From: Caulobacteraceae bacterium
GTDB taxonomy: Bacteria; Pseudomonadota; Alphaproteobacteria; Caulobacterales; Caulobacteraceae
DNA: 64,000 bases
NCBI GenBank assembly: GCA_035946795.1
Contig: DASYYX010000064.1
Coordinates: 221,462-285,461, forward strand
Reading direction: 5' to 3'
Shown here piece by piece: positions 1 through 7,813 of this stretch. Position 1 is the first letter of the stretch; each line of letters opens with the position of its first letter. The position numbers and the translations under genes were made by a program. The notes under the pieces are model-generated. The model ran no database searches, was not told the DNA's origin, and was given only the letters and a program-made list of their open reading frames with translations.

Positions 1-71
1 GAGCCTCCGCCCTTTCGCCGGAAAGGCGCAAAGAGATCGCGCGTAAGGCCGCCGCCAAGCGCTGGTCTTAG
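1..71 (+). CDS. 3' end of an unidentified CDS (5' part lies outside the window)
   Basis: Frame 3 reads ...ASALSPERRKEIARKAAAKRWS, followed by TAG at 69-71. It overlaps the convergent gene 68-469 by 4 nt. The fragment is too short to name. Confidence 0.35.
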   Translation, partial: ASALSPERRKEIARKAAAKRWS

Positions 72-469
72 GCGAAGACTAGCTCGCGCTCGCGTTCGTC
101 CTCCGACTCCGAGCGTCTGCGTTCAACCCACTTGTCGGCGTGGCTGAACTCCGCAGGCGCAGGCGTGACCTCGTCCTGCGCGTCCAGTTCTTGGAGCTTG
201 CTCAGAACCAGTTCCCTGAGGGCGGTTGCCTCTTCCTCGGTCATCACCAAGGCTAGGAAGATGGCCCGCAGCAGCTTCTCGGCCGGCCCCGGAATCTCAC
301 ACACCCCCTTTTCCCAGCGCGCTACGGACTGACTGTCATTTCCCAGGTGAGCCGCCAGCTCGGCCTGCGTCAGGTCCATGGTCTTCCGCAGAAATCGGAT
401 TTCGCTCCCGGTGAGCCCCTTCCGGTATGTCACCAGATAGCGTCCAATCTCCTTGTGGAGGCCCTCCAC
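68..469 (-). CDS. XRE-family HTH protein, MqsA/HigA antitoxin-like (133 aa)
   Basis: The segment LTGSEIRFLRKTMDLTQAELAAHLGNDSQSVARWEKG is a typical XRE helix-turn-helix as found in MqsA-type antitoxins. The C-terminus is acidic. No partner toxin ORF is visible next to it. Confidence 0.75.
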   Translation of the reverse strand: MEGLHKEIGRYLVTYRKGLTGSEIRFLRKTMDLTQAELAAHLGNDSQSVARWEKGVCEIPGPAEKLLRAIFLALVMTEEEATALRELVLSKLQELDAQDEVTPAPAEFSHADKWVERRRSESEDERERELVFA

Positions 470-515
470 GAAGCGCGCCGGCCGAAGCCCGGCAAGCGCG
501 GCCCCTACCGCAAGG

Positions 516-710
516 CGGGAAATTCAAACTGAGACACTGCCCCCAAATAGCCTCGCTTGACAAGCATGGCGCCCCCGCGTCTCGCTAGCGGGCGATGAGT
601 TATGTGATTTCATCCGATTCAGCGACCGGGTCGCACACGCCTCGCCCGCATCCGCGGCGGCCGGAAATTCAAACTGAGACACTACCTATTTGGGAAACTG
701 AGACACTACC
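516..710. repeat. Direct repeats GGAAATTCAAACTGAGACACT (518-538 and 663-683), a third partial copy GGGAAACTGAGACACTACC (692-710), and a 9-bp inverted pair CCCAAATAG / CTATTTGGG
   Basis: The two 21-nt copies are identical when read directly from the sequence. They lie in the non-coding stretch upstream of the HTH gene start at 469. The third copy shares AAACTGAGACACTACC. Confidence 0.85.
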
Positions 711-1683
711 CCTTTCCGTGAGACCGGGCGCAGGACCTGGCGGCGCTGCGCGACGGCCAAAATCCCGGCGCGCGATGGACTTGTCACGGAAGTCATGAAC
801 CTTCGACGACTGTTGATCGAGACGTGCGGGCCGGCTCAAGCCCCTTGCCTCGGACCCAGACTTCGAGCTTGGCTCTCGCCTCGCATCTGAGGCGAAAAAG
901 GTGCGCCACGCGGATCGCAAAGGCGGCGAAGGCTCTTGCGGATGAGGCGCGCGGCGGTTCCTCTTGAGACCACGCCGACGGTTAAAAAGCTTCAAGGGGG
1001 GTCCTGACGGCCGCGAAGTTCTGCTTTCGTTCACGCGTAGGCCATCGCAATCCGGACCGCGTTCCGCTCGCCTATCGCCGGGCGCGCTGCGAGAGCGTCG
1101 GCGACATGCTCCGCGAGCGATGGTGGCCTGGTCATGACGGCGAACCTGCGCCTGGTTGCGCGGGTCGGCGGCCCAGGAACGAGCCTATGGAACCCGAAAC
1201 CGCCCGTTGTCGCCGCCTCGTCTGCGTCGGGGTCGTCGACTTCCAGGCGAGAGCGCTAGGTATGGCCCCGCACGAACCGTTGCAGGCCCCATGGCCACCC
1301 GAGCGTCAGTGAGGCGACCATGGCCTTCCCTGCGCCCGAGAGTTGGGATCGCCTGCCGACCGTCAGCCGCCTGATCTCACCGGCCAATCGCTTCCTTTAT
1401 CGCGGCAGGGTCGGTTTGGGAGATCGGCTGGAAAAGGCGTAGTGTCGGCGCCCGATCATCGGCCGCGACATATGCGCGTGTGGCCCCCGGGGGCGTCCAG
1501 GGAGCTCTTCCGGTGGCTGCTCGAGAACCCCGGCTGTTTCGCGGGGGCGAATCGCGATCCCGAGCTTCTCATTCGCTACTCCCGACTGCGCCGCGCCGCC
1601 CCCTTCATCGGCCGATCGTGGACTGTGGCCCGGGCGGGGCGCACTCATAAGACACGAACGCCGTTCGTGTGCTTCCGGCCGAG

Positions 1684-1923
1684 CTAGGCCGCGGATTCCG
1701 ATAGTGCGCTTGGGCGTTCCAAGGGCTCGGCGGCCTGCTGCGAGAACCTGATCCGGGCCGACCTTACGGAAGCGCAGCGGGCGCAGCCTGCCCCAAGATG
1801 GACGAAACCGAGCCGCCGACCATGATCGCGGCACACGGCCTGGCCGGCCTCATGGTATACGCTATCGCCTTCGTCACGCCAGGGCGCGGTCGCCGGCCTA
1901 CGGGCTGCTGCGTCACCCCTCAC
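1684..1923 (-). pseudogene. Possible remnant of a Zn-metallopeptidase-like gene with a degenerate HEXXH motif (HEAGQ)
   Basis: A 79-codon ORF starts at a GTG that overlaps the stop of the 1920-2333 gene (GTGA). It contains SVYHEAGQAV, resembling the xxHEAGHAV motif of M41/ImmA-like peptidases, but the second His is replaced and the ORF is far too short. Downstream DNA has no clean ORF. Confidence 0.3.
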
Positions 1924-2333
1924 GTCGCGAGCGCGTCCTCGCCAGCCGCGGCGAGCGGCGGCGACCGTACCAGGCTACCGCCGACGCCCAGGCTCTCGAC
2001 CGTCGCGCCGGCGGCGCCCTCGAGGTAGGCGGTCACGCCCGCGAACAGGCGCTCGGCCCCCCGCCATGAGCGCCACGGCTCGTCTTCGCCTTCCTCTGCC
2101 GTCTGGAACAGGCGCGTGCGCGCCCTCTGGAGCATGAACGCGGCTCCCAGGGGCGAGGTCGGGGTGACGAATTCGAGCGCCTGGGCGAGGTGGTGTTCGC
2201 GGTCGAACAAAAAGCACGCGTCACTTGGATCGTTCGCCTCGAGCTCGCGGATCCGGCTCGCCAGCTCTGCGAGCTTGCGGGCGATCGCCAAGGCCGGGCA
2301 GCCCTGAGCGTCGGCGGATGATGTGTTGGCCAT
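1920..2333 (-). CDS. Hypothetical protein (137 aa), divergent partner of the XRE gene
   Basis: The ORF has GC-rich third positions. It is divergent from the HTH gene at 2499 across a 165-bp gap, a cI/cro-like layout. I recognise no family. Confidence 0.5.
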   Translation of the reverse strand: MANTSSADAQGCPALAIARKLAELASRIRELEANDPSDACFLFDREHHLAQALEFVTPTSPLGAAFMLQRARTRLFQTAEEGEDEPWRSWRGAERLFAGVTAYLEGAAGATVESLGVGGSLVRSPPLAAAGEDALAT

Positions 2334-2498
2334 CGTTTCGTCCTTCGTTCCGACCGGCGAGCCCGGCCGGGTTGGCGGAAGGGATTCCGCTTCGCCGCTT
2401 CCGTCAAGCCAAATGGCACAAGCGTTCCGGTGGACCGTGGATCAGGTCCGAATTATTAGGTCGCCGACACGGACGAATCACGGCATCGCTGGCCGGCG

Positions 2499-2765
2499 AT
2501 GGCGAGGGTCTCCAGGAACCGATTGACACCCGAGTCGCTGCGGGCCGCTCGGGCGCTGCTCGAGCTCAGCTGCTCGAGCCTGGCGCGGGCCGCCGGCGTG
2601 TCGGCAAGCTCGATCTCGAGGATCGAACGCGGCCATCTTCCCCGGCCAGGAACGGCGGCCAAGCTCACGCGGTTCTTCGGCTCGCGGGGCGTCGAGCTGA
2701 TCGCCGGGCGAGCCCGAGCGGGAGCAACCATCGCCCTGGTGATCGAGGATCGCGATGGCCGTTAG
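2499..2765 (+). CDS. XRE-family HTH transcriptional regulator (88 aa)
   Basis: LRAARALLELSCSSLARAAGVSASSISRIERGH is a canonical XRE HTH. The small size is typical of a phage repressor or Cro-like protein. Confidence 0.75.
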   Translation: MARVSRNRLTPESLRAARALLELSCSSLARAAGVSASSISRIERGHLPRPGTAAKLTRFFGSRGVELIAGRARAGATIALVIEDRDGR

Positions 2766-3065
2766 AACGACGGATCAATCGGCTCGGGCGCAACCTACCG
2801 GTCAAGCCGGACAATGTTGCGAAGGTTCGCTTCGCCCTCGAAGGCGGCCGGCGCGACCGGAGCGTTTATCCGCAGGGGTCAAGGGATGATGATCGTCCCT
2901 TCGAGCGCGCGGGTCCCACCTTGGGGCCGAATATCGCTTGGGTGGGTGGCCCGGCGGCGGACAGGTCAGATCGTTCTGGGCGCCGCGCCGCCCGGTTGGG
3001 AAGCGCTGCGCAACCCCATCTGTTCCGGCGGCTTCGATCTATTCGTCAGGCTTGAGCATCCGGCG

Positions 3066-3815
3066 ATGCCCTTGCCGTCGCCAGCGCCTGAATCCCCAGA
3101 CGACGTGATCGCCTACAGGCTTCCGAACGGCCAGATTGCGGTCTGGTGGCGAGGCGGGACGTACGTTGGTCCTCTGGCCACCGGCGATGCGAGGCTCGAA
3201 GAGCCCGACATCCCTTCCGAGTGGGCGGCGCTGCTGCGAGCTGCAGATCGGGGCGAAGATCTCAAATCGCGGGGCATCCATGTCCGGCCCGATAAAACCG
3301 GGCCTAGGTTCTCTGGCGAATCTGGCGCGGCGCTCCCGGCGGCCGCGGAGCTGTATCGCAAGGTGATTGACGCTCGGGCCGCGGCCTGTGCGGCTCTAAG
3401 AGGCGAGGTCGACGAACCCGAGCTCAGCCCTCGGATGCACAACTGGGAGGTGGCCAGAATCCACCTAGCCCAGGCGCTAGAAGTCGAAGCGGCCGGCGCG
3501 GCGTCCCGGCGGGCCGCGCTAGGCAGGGGGTCAGCCGCCGCTGCAGGCCGCCGGACGCGCGCCAAGGAGGATCGGTATAGATCAGTCTGCAGAATCGTCG
3601 ACAAGTGGGATCCCGAGAAACAGGGCGAGCCAACTCGCGCGGCGATCCGCGAAGCTTTCAATCAACAAGCCCAGATAATGGGGATAAGCAACATCACCGA
3701 CCCCGGGATCGTCGGCGCGGCGATCAGATGGGCCCTTGAGCGCAAAGAGGGCAGGCGGCCGATCACTCAAGAGCGGCTGGATCAGCTCGGTATTCGGACT
3801 CCTAGCGACAAATAG
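3066..3815 (+). CDS. Hypothetical island protein (249 aa from ATG 3066; the ORF is open from 2814)
   Basis: A long ORF with coding-like composition. The N-terminal 84 codons of the 2814 version look non-coding (R/G/P-rich), so ATG 3066 is preferred. I recognise no family. Confidence 0.5.
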   Translation: MPLPSPAPESPDDVIAYRLPNGQIAVWWRGGTYVGPLATGDARLEEPDIPSEWAALLRAADRGEDLKSRGIHVRPDKTGPRFSGESGAALPAAAELYRKVIDARAAACAALRGEVDEPELSPRMHNWEVARIHLAQALEVEAAGAASRRAALGRGSAAAAGRRTRAKEDRYRSVCRIVDKWDPEKQGEPTRAAIREAFNQQAQIMGISNITDPGIVGAAIRWALERKEGRRPITQERLDQLGIRTPSDK

Positions 3816-3864
3816 CCGGTGCACCGGCCGGTGCGACCGGTATACCCCTCAGCCGAAACAGCTG

Positions 3865-4371
3865 ATGGTCAGCCTTATGAGTGAGGCCCGACTTTCATTT
3901 GGCGCGCTTCGCGACGTTACGATGCGGTCGCAAGCGACCGTTTCCGCCGCGGCTGACCTTTGCGCCCGCTCGGGTTTAGGCCAGATCGCGACACTGCTTG
4001 GCGATGTGCGCGCCGACCTCGGGTTGGTCGATCACGCCCTGGCCGAACGGGACGCGGCGAACCGAATGCGCGGGCCCGCGATCGCGGATACCCGGCGGCG
4101 AAATGCCGAAGCGCAGTCAGGAGCGTTTCGGGATCAGGCGCTCGAGCTCGCCCGGCTTCTGCGGCTGGCAGAGCCTGACATAGGGCTGAGCGCCCTCGCG
4201 CGCCGCCTCATACAGGCATTCGGGGGCGCCCATGTGCCCGCCGAAGATCGACTGCGCCACTTGCTGGGCGAAGCCGAGCGGGACGGCCGCCTTCCCTGTC
4301 GCCCCCGGCGTTCGTCCCCATCGCACGCCGACAGCGCAACCGCAAAGAATCGAGGAGCGCCGGCCCAATGA
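3865..4371 (+). CDS. Hypothetical island protein (about 168 aa)
   Basis: ORF in the 3736-4371 frame. ATG 3865 (or 3877) follows the stop of the previous gene, and its stop overlaps the next start (ATGA at 4368-4371). Confidence 0.5.
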   Translation: MVSLMSEARLSFGALRDVTMRSQATVSAAADLCARSGLGQIATLLGDVRADLGLVDHALAERDAANRMRGPAIADTRRRNAEAQSGAFRDQALELARLLRLAEPDIGLSALARRLIQAFGGAHVPAEDRLRHLLGEAERDGRLPCRPRRSSPSHADSATAKNRGAPAQ

Positions 4372-5297
4372 CCACGGTGAAAGTTCTGAGCGCGCCGCGG
4401 CGCCTGGATGAGGAAGATGAAGCGTATCAGGCCCGCTTGCGAGCGGAGGCCGTGGCATTCGAAACTCAACAAGCGACGGCGGCGCGCGCATTGGAAGAGC
4501 GGCTCGAAACCGGGAGGCAACAGCGGCTTGACCGTGCCGAAGCGGTAAGCGCCGCCATCGAGCACGCGCGCGAGGGCGCCTACACCTCCGAACCATCGGT
4601 CGCCCAGACGAACTCCGAGCTCAGCCAGGCTCGCGAGAGCCTTTCGATCGAAGAACGGGCTGGGCAAGTGCTGGCTGGCGGCCTCGCTGACGCCCAGGAC
4701 CTGTTGCGGGAACGTAAAGCCGAGCTGGAGCGGCGGCTGACCGGCCCGTCCGGGGAGGAGCTGACGAAAGAAGTGAAGGCGGTGACCGGTCTGCGGAACG
4801 AGATCGGCACGCTGGAAGCCGTGTGTGAGCGCCGGTTAGACGCCCTCGGAGTCAGCGATGCGCGCGTCGCCGATGCCAAAGTCTTGGTGAACGAGCGCGA
4901 GTCCGCCCTGGCCCAGGCTCGGCTTCGCGAACGGCTAGCGGTCGAAGCCATACCTGCCGCGCAACGGTTTGGCGTGGGCATCAATGCCGCGGCGGAGATC
5001 GCGGAGCGCAGCGTCGGCGAGTTCAATGAACTTCTGACGGTTATCCGTAAGGTGCGCGCCGAGGTGGAAGCCCTCCCTCGCACCATCTATGACATCGCAA
5101 ACCGATATGGCCTTTCTCCCGCGCAGGAAACGCCTGTGCGCCGCCGATCGAATGGAAGAGCGGCAGCGCCGGGCCGTCCGGCTAGGCCCGAGGCCGCCGA
5201 GGCGCGCATTAGCGTCAATCTCGATCCGGCCGCGACCGGACCTTGGGTCCGCGCCGTCGAGCCCGGGGCGGTCGGGCCCCGGATCATCGAGTCGTGA
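4368..5297 (+). CDS. Coiled-coil protein, unknown function (309 aa)
   Basis: The sequence is rich in A/E/R/L heptad-like stretches (RLRAEAVAFETQQATAARALEERLETGRQQRLDRAEA and similar). It is translationally coupled on both sides. Confidence 0.65.
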   Translation: MTTVKVLSAPRRLDEEDEAYQARLRAEAVAFETQQATAARALEERLETGRQQRLDRAEAVSAAIEHAREGAYTSEPSVAQTNSELSQARESLSIEERAGQVLAGGLADAQDLLRERKAELERRLTGPSGEELTKEVKAVTGLRNEIGTLEAVCERRLDALGVSDARVADAKVLVNERESALAQARLRERLAVEAIPAAQRFGVGINAAAEIAERSVGEFNELLTVIRKVRAEVEALPRTIYDIANRYGLSPAQETPVRRRSNGRAAAPGRPARPEAAEARISVNLDPAATGPWVRAVEPGAVGPRIIES

Positions 5298-5770
5298 CCG
5301 AATTCGCTCTCATCAAGATTGCCTCGGCGCTCCATACGCCCGCGACCGACGACGGGTTGAGCGCGTGGTCATGCGAAGCCGGGAGCGTGATCTTCCTGCC
5401 CGCTGGTCGCCTCGCGCGCCTGTGCCAGGCCTATGGACACGAGGTCCTCGGGCCGCCGCGCCCGCGCGCTCGGGCCGCGCTAGCCCCCTTCCGCAATCGC
5501 ATAATCTCCGGGCTTCGCCGAGGCTTGCAAGCGCCCCGCGGCGAGGGAAGCAGCCGGCCGGCGACAGATAGCTCCGTTTCTGGCGCCGGCGGCTGTGACC
5601 AGGCGAACGCGGTCCGCCCTCGCTCTTGGGCCAGGTTCCTCTTTTTCGGGCTTCGCCGCGCAGCGAGCGCCGCGGCGAGGGCCGCGCCGGCGGTGGCATC
5701 TCCTTCCGCCGCCGGCGCGCACGCCGTTCGCCACCAGAGTCGCCCGCGCGCGCGACCAGGTCGCCGATAA
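5294..5770 (+). CDS. Hypothetical island protein (about 158 aa, GTG start)
   Basis: GTG 5294 overlaps the upstream stop (GTGA). The N-terminal half looks protein-like (VTEFALIKIASALHTPATDDGLSAWSCEAGSVIFLPAGRL). The C-terminal half is R/A-rich but keeps about 78% G/C at third positions. It ends in a TAATG overlap. Confidence 0.45.
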   Translation: MTEFALIKIASALHTPATDDGLSAWSCEAGSVIFLPAGRLARLCQAYGHEVLGPPRPRARAALAPFRNRIISGLRRGLQAPRGEGSSRPATDSSVSGAGGCDQANAVRPRSWARFLFFGLRRAASAAARAAPAVASPSAAGAHAVRHQSRPRARPGRR

Positions 5771-6246
5771 TGTCTGAGATCCCTGAGGGGCGCGCGATAG
5801 CCGTTCAGGTCGGCGACGCCATGGACGTCGCGGCCGCGCCGGGGCGCTTGGCTTTCAAGTGCCGCGCGGGAGAGCGGTTCTTCACGCCATACGGGCGTCT
5901 CGCCCAGTTCCTGGCGAGCTTCGCCGCTCCGATCATAGCCACCGGCCCCCTGCCGGAGGACATGGTCGGCGACCTTAACGCCCGGCTGTTGCCGTCCAAC
6001 GCGGGAAGGACCTTGCGTTGCCCGATCCTACAGGGCCGAGGCGAGCTCATCGGCCGCCTTCGCCTCCCGAGAGAAGGAACGCCCGAGCTCGCCTTCGTCG
6101 CTCGGGGTTCCTTCGACGCCGCGTGGGCGGAAAACGAATTCGAGCTCCTCGCCGCGACGATCGCCGCGCTCTTCGCCTCGGCGCCCCCCGGCCAGCAACG
6201 GAAAGGCGGCCTGACAAGATGGCCAACCGCTTCCAGATCGACATAA
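5770..6246 (+). CDS. Hypothetical island protein (158 aa)
   Basis: ATG 5770 overlaps the previous stop (TAATG). The composition is protein-like (MSEIPEGRAIAVQVGDAMDVAAAPGRLAFKCRAGERFFTPYGRL...). It sits immediately upstream of the tape-measure-like gene. Confidence 0.55.
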   Translation: MSEIPEGRAIAVQVGDAMDVAAAPGRLAFKCRAGERFFTPYGRLAQFLASFAAPIIATGPLPEDMVGDLNARLLPSNAGRTLRCPILQGRGELIGRLRLPREGTPELAFVARGSFDAAWAENEFELLAATIAALFASAPPGQQRKGGLTRWPTASRST

Positions 6247-7790
6247 CCGCCCGCGACCGAACGAGCGAGGCCCTCAAGAGCGTCAACGACAACTTCGCCA
6301 AGATCGGCAAGGGGACGGCGCTCGAGCGCGTCCAGCGCGGCTTCGCCGATATCGTCGGCCGCAGCCGCGCCTTCGGCGACGTCGGCCGCAGCCTGGCCAG
6401 CCTGGGCGCGTCGGGGACCCTGGCCAGCGGCGGCATCGGCGAGGCCGCCGGCGGCATGGCCGAGCTCGCCGGCGCTGCCGGCCTGGCCGCCGGCGGGGCC
6501 GTGGCCGCCGGGGCCGCGGTCGCCAAGTGGGAGGCTGCCTATTCGAGCGCCGGCGCGAGCATCGGCCGCGTCGCCACGGTGCTGGGGATGAGCACGACTC
6601 AGCTGCAGCAATACGAGATCGCCGGCCACAAGTTCGGGGTTACGACGCAGGCCATGGACGGGGCCTTGATGAACCTCGGCCAGACCCTGCAGGACGCGGT
6701 CGCCGGCCGCAACCAACCGGCCCTCGTGCTCCTCACCAAACTCGGTGTCACCATCCATCGCCTGCCGAATGGCGCCATCGATGCCGCCCGGGCGATGAAC
6801 GACCTCAGCAAGGCCATGGCGCGCCAGAACCCGCAGACGCGCAACATGATCGCCCAGCAGTTCGGCCTCACCGGGGCGATCAACTTCTTGACCGCCTCGT
6901 CGAAGGATCAGCAGAAGGCCCTCGACGCGGCGGCCCGGTCGGGCGCCATCCGCACCCAGGCGGAGATCAATCAGGACCAGAAGCTGCAGGCGTCCATGGA
7001 CGCGCTGCACGACCGCTGGACCGGCCTGCTCAACGTGTTCGAGCGCAGGATCGGGATCCCGGTCCTGGACATCTTCGTCGACAAGCTGAGCAGCATCCTC
7101 ACGCTGCTCGACGATATCTTCGAGAACAAAAAGGGCGGGCTGCAGAAGAAGGTCACCAACTTCGAGAGCCGACTCGCCGTCGAGGCGCACGCGGTCCTGG
7201 GAACGCCGCTTCCGGCCGGATCGGGGGGCCCTGCCGCCAAGCCGCTGGCCGGCGCCGAGGCCGGGCGCCGCCGCAACCAGCTCATGGCGTTCTTCATGAG
7301 CAAGGGCTGGTCGCGCGAACAGGCCGCGGGGATCGTCGCCAACATCGAGCGCGAGAGCGGCTATCGCGCCGACGTCTATGGCGACAACGGCGAGGCCTAC
7401 GGTCTGGGCCAATGGCACGCCGACCGCCAGGGCGCCTTCGCCCGCCGCTACGGCAAGAACATCCGCCAGGCCTCGCTCATGGAAGAGGCCGATTTCTACA
7501 ATTACGAACTCACCGGAGGTTCCGAACAGGCCGCGGGCCGGCGCCTGCGCGGCGCCCGCAGCGCCGCCGAGGCCGGCCAGATCGTCTCGATGTATGACGA
7601 GCGCCCGGCTGATCGCGCCGGCGAGGCGGCGGCCCGCGGCCAGCTCGCCGCCAACATCGCCGGCAAGGTGCACGTCGACGTCAACCTCAGGGGCGCGCCG
7701 CCCGGGACGACGGCCCAGGTCGCCACCACCGGCGACGGCGTGACCGCCGGGGCGCGCATCGCGCCCAGCATGCCCGGGGCCTCGATCTGA
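6219..7790 (+). CDS. Phage tail tape-measure-like protein with a C-terminal phage-tail-lysozyme-like domain (523 aa)
   Basis: The N-terminal and central part resembles a tape measure (G/A-rich segment, then VATVLGMSTTQLQQYEIAGHKFGVTTQAMDGALMNLGQTL...MIAQQFGLTG). The C-terminal part, FFMSKGWSREQAAGIVANIERESGYRADVYGDNGEAYGLGQWHADRQ...YDERP, matches the phage tail lysozyme / muramidase-like signature. Confidence 0.8.
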   Translation: MANRFQIDITARDRTSEALKSVNDNFAKIGKGTALERVQRGFADIVGRSRAFGDVGRSLASLGASGTLASGGIGEAAGGMAELAGAAGLAAGGAVAAGAAVAKWEAAYSSAGASIGRVATVLGMSTTQLQQYEIAGHKFGVTTQAMDGALMNLGQTLQDAVAGRNQPALVLLTKLGVTIHRLPNGAIDAARAMNDLSKAMARQNPQTRNMIAQQFGLTGAINFLTASSKDQQKALDAAARSGAIRTQAEINQDQKLQASMDALHDRWTGLLNVFERRIGIPVLDIFVDKLSSILTLLDDIFENKKGGLQKKVTNFESRLAVEAHAVLGTPLPAGSGGPAAKPLAGAEAGRRRNQLMAFFMSKGWSREQAAGIVANIERESGYRADVYGDNGEAYGLGQWHADRQGAFARRYGKNIRQASLMEEADFYNYELTGGSEQAAGRRLRGARSAAEAGQIVSMYDERPADRAGEAAARGQLAANIAGKVHVDVNLRGAPPGTTAQVATTGDGVTAGARIAPSMPGASI

Positions 7791-7813
7791 GAACCTGAAG
7801 AAGGAGAAATTCA

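Noticed and set aside
516-710. A shared GAGAC/GTCTC core between the island-flank repeats (CTGAGAC) and the 53641-53770 array (GTCTC; one unit reads GTCTCAG).
   Set aside because: A 5-7 bp match is too short to support a common binding factor without statistics. It is noted only as something to test.
1119-1133. TGGTGGCCTGG resembles the tRNA-Phe 3' end (TGGTGCCTGG) and could be attL.
   Set aside because: The match is only about 10 nt with an indel and does not extend into the T-arm sequence. I found no convincing copy of the tRNA 3' end in 1-13.8 kb by eye, so attL is probably outside the window or needs a computed search.
5639-5645. A CTTTTTC run as a programmed -1 frameshift site of a tail-chaperone (G/GT-like) pair upstream of the tape measure.
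   Set aside because: The two ORFs are joined by a simple TAATG stop-start overlap at 5768-5772. No alternative-frame extension that would fuse them is evident, so this is speculative.
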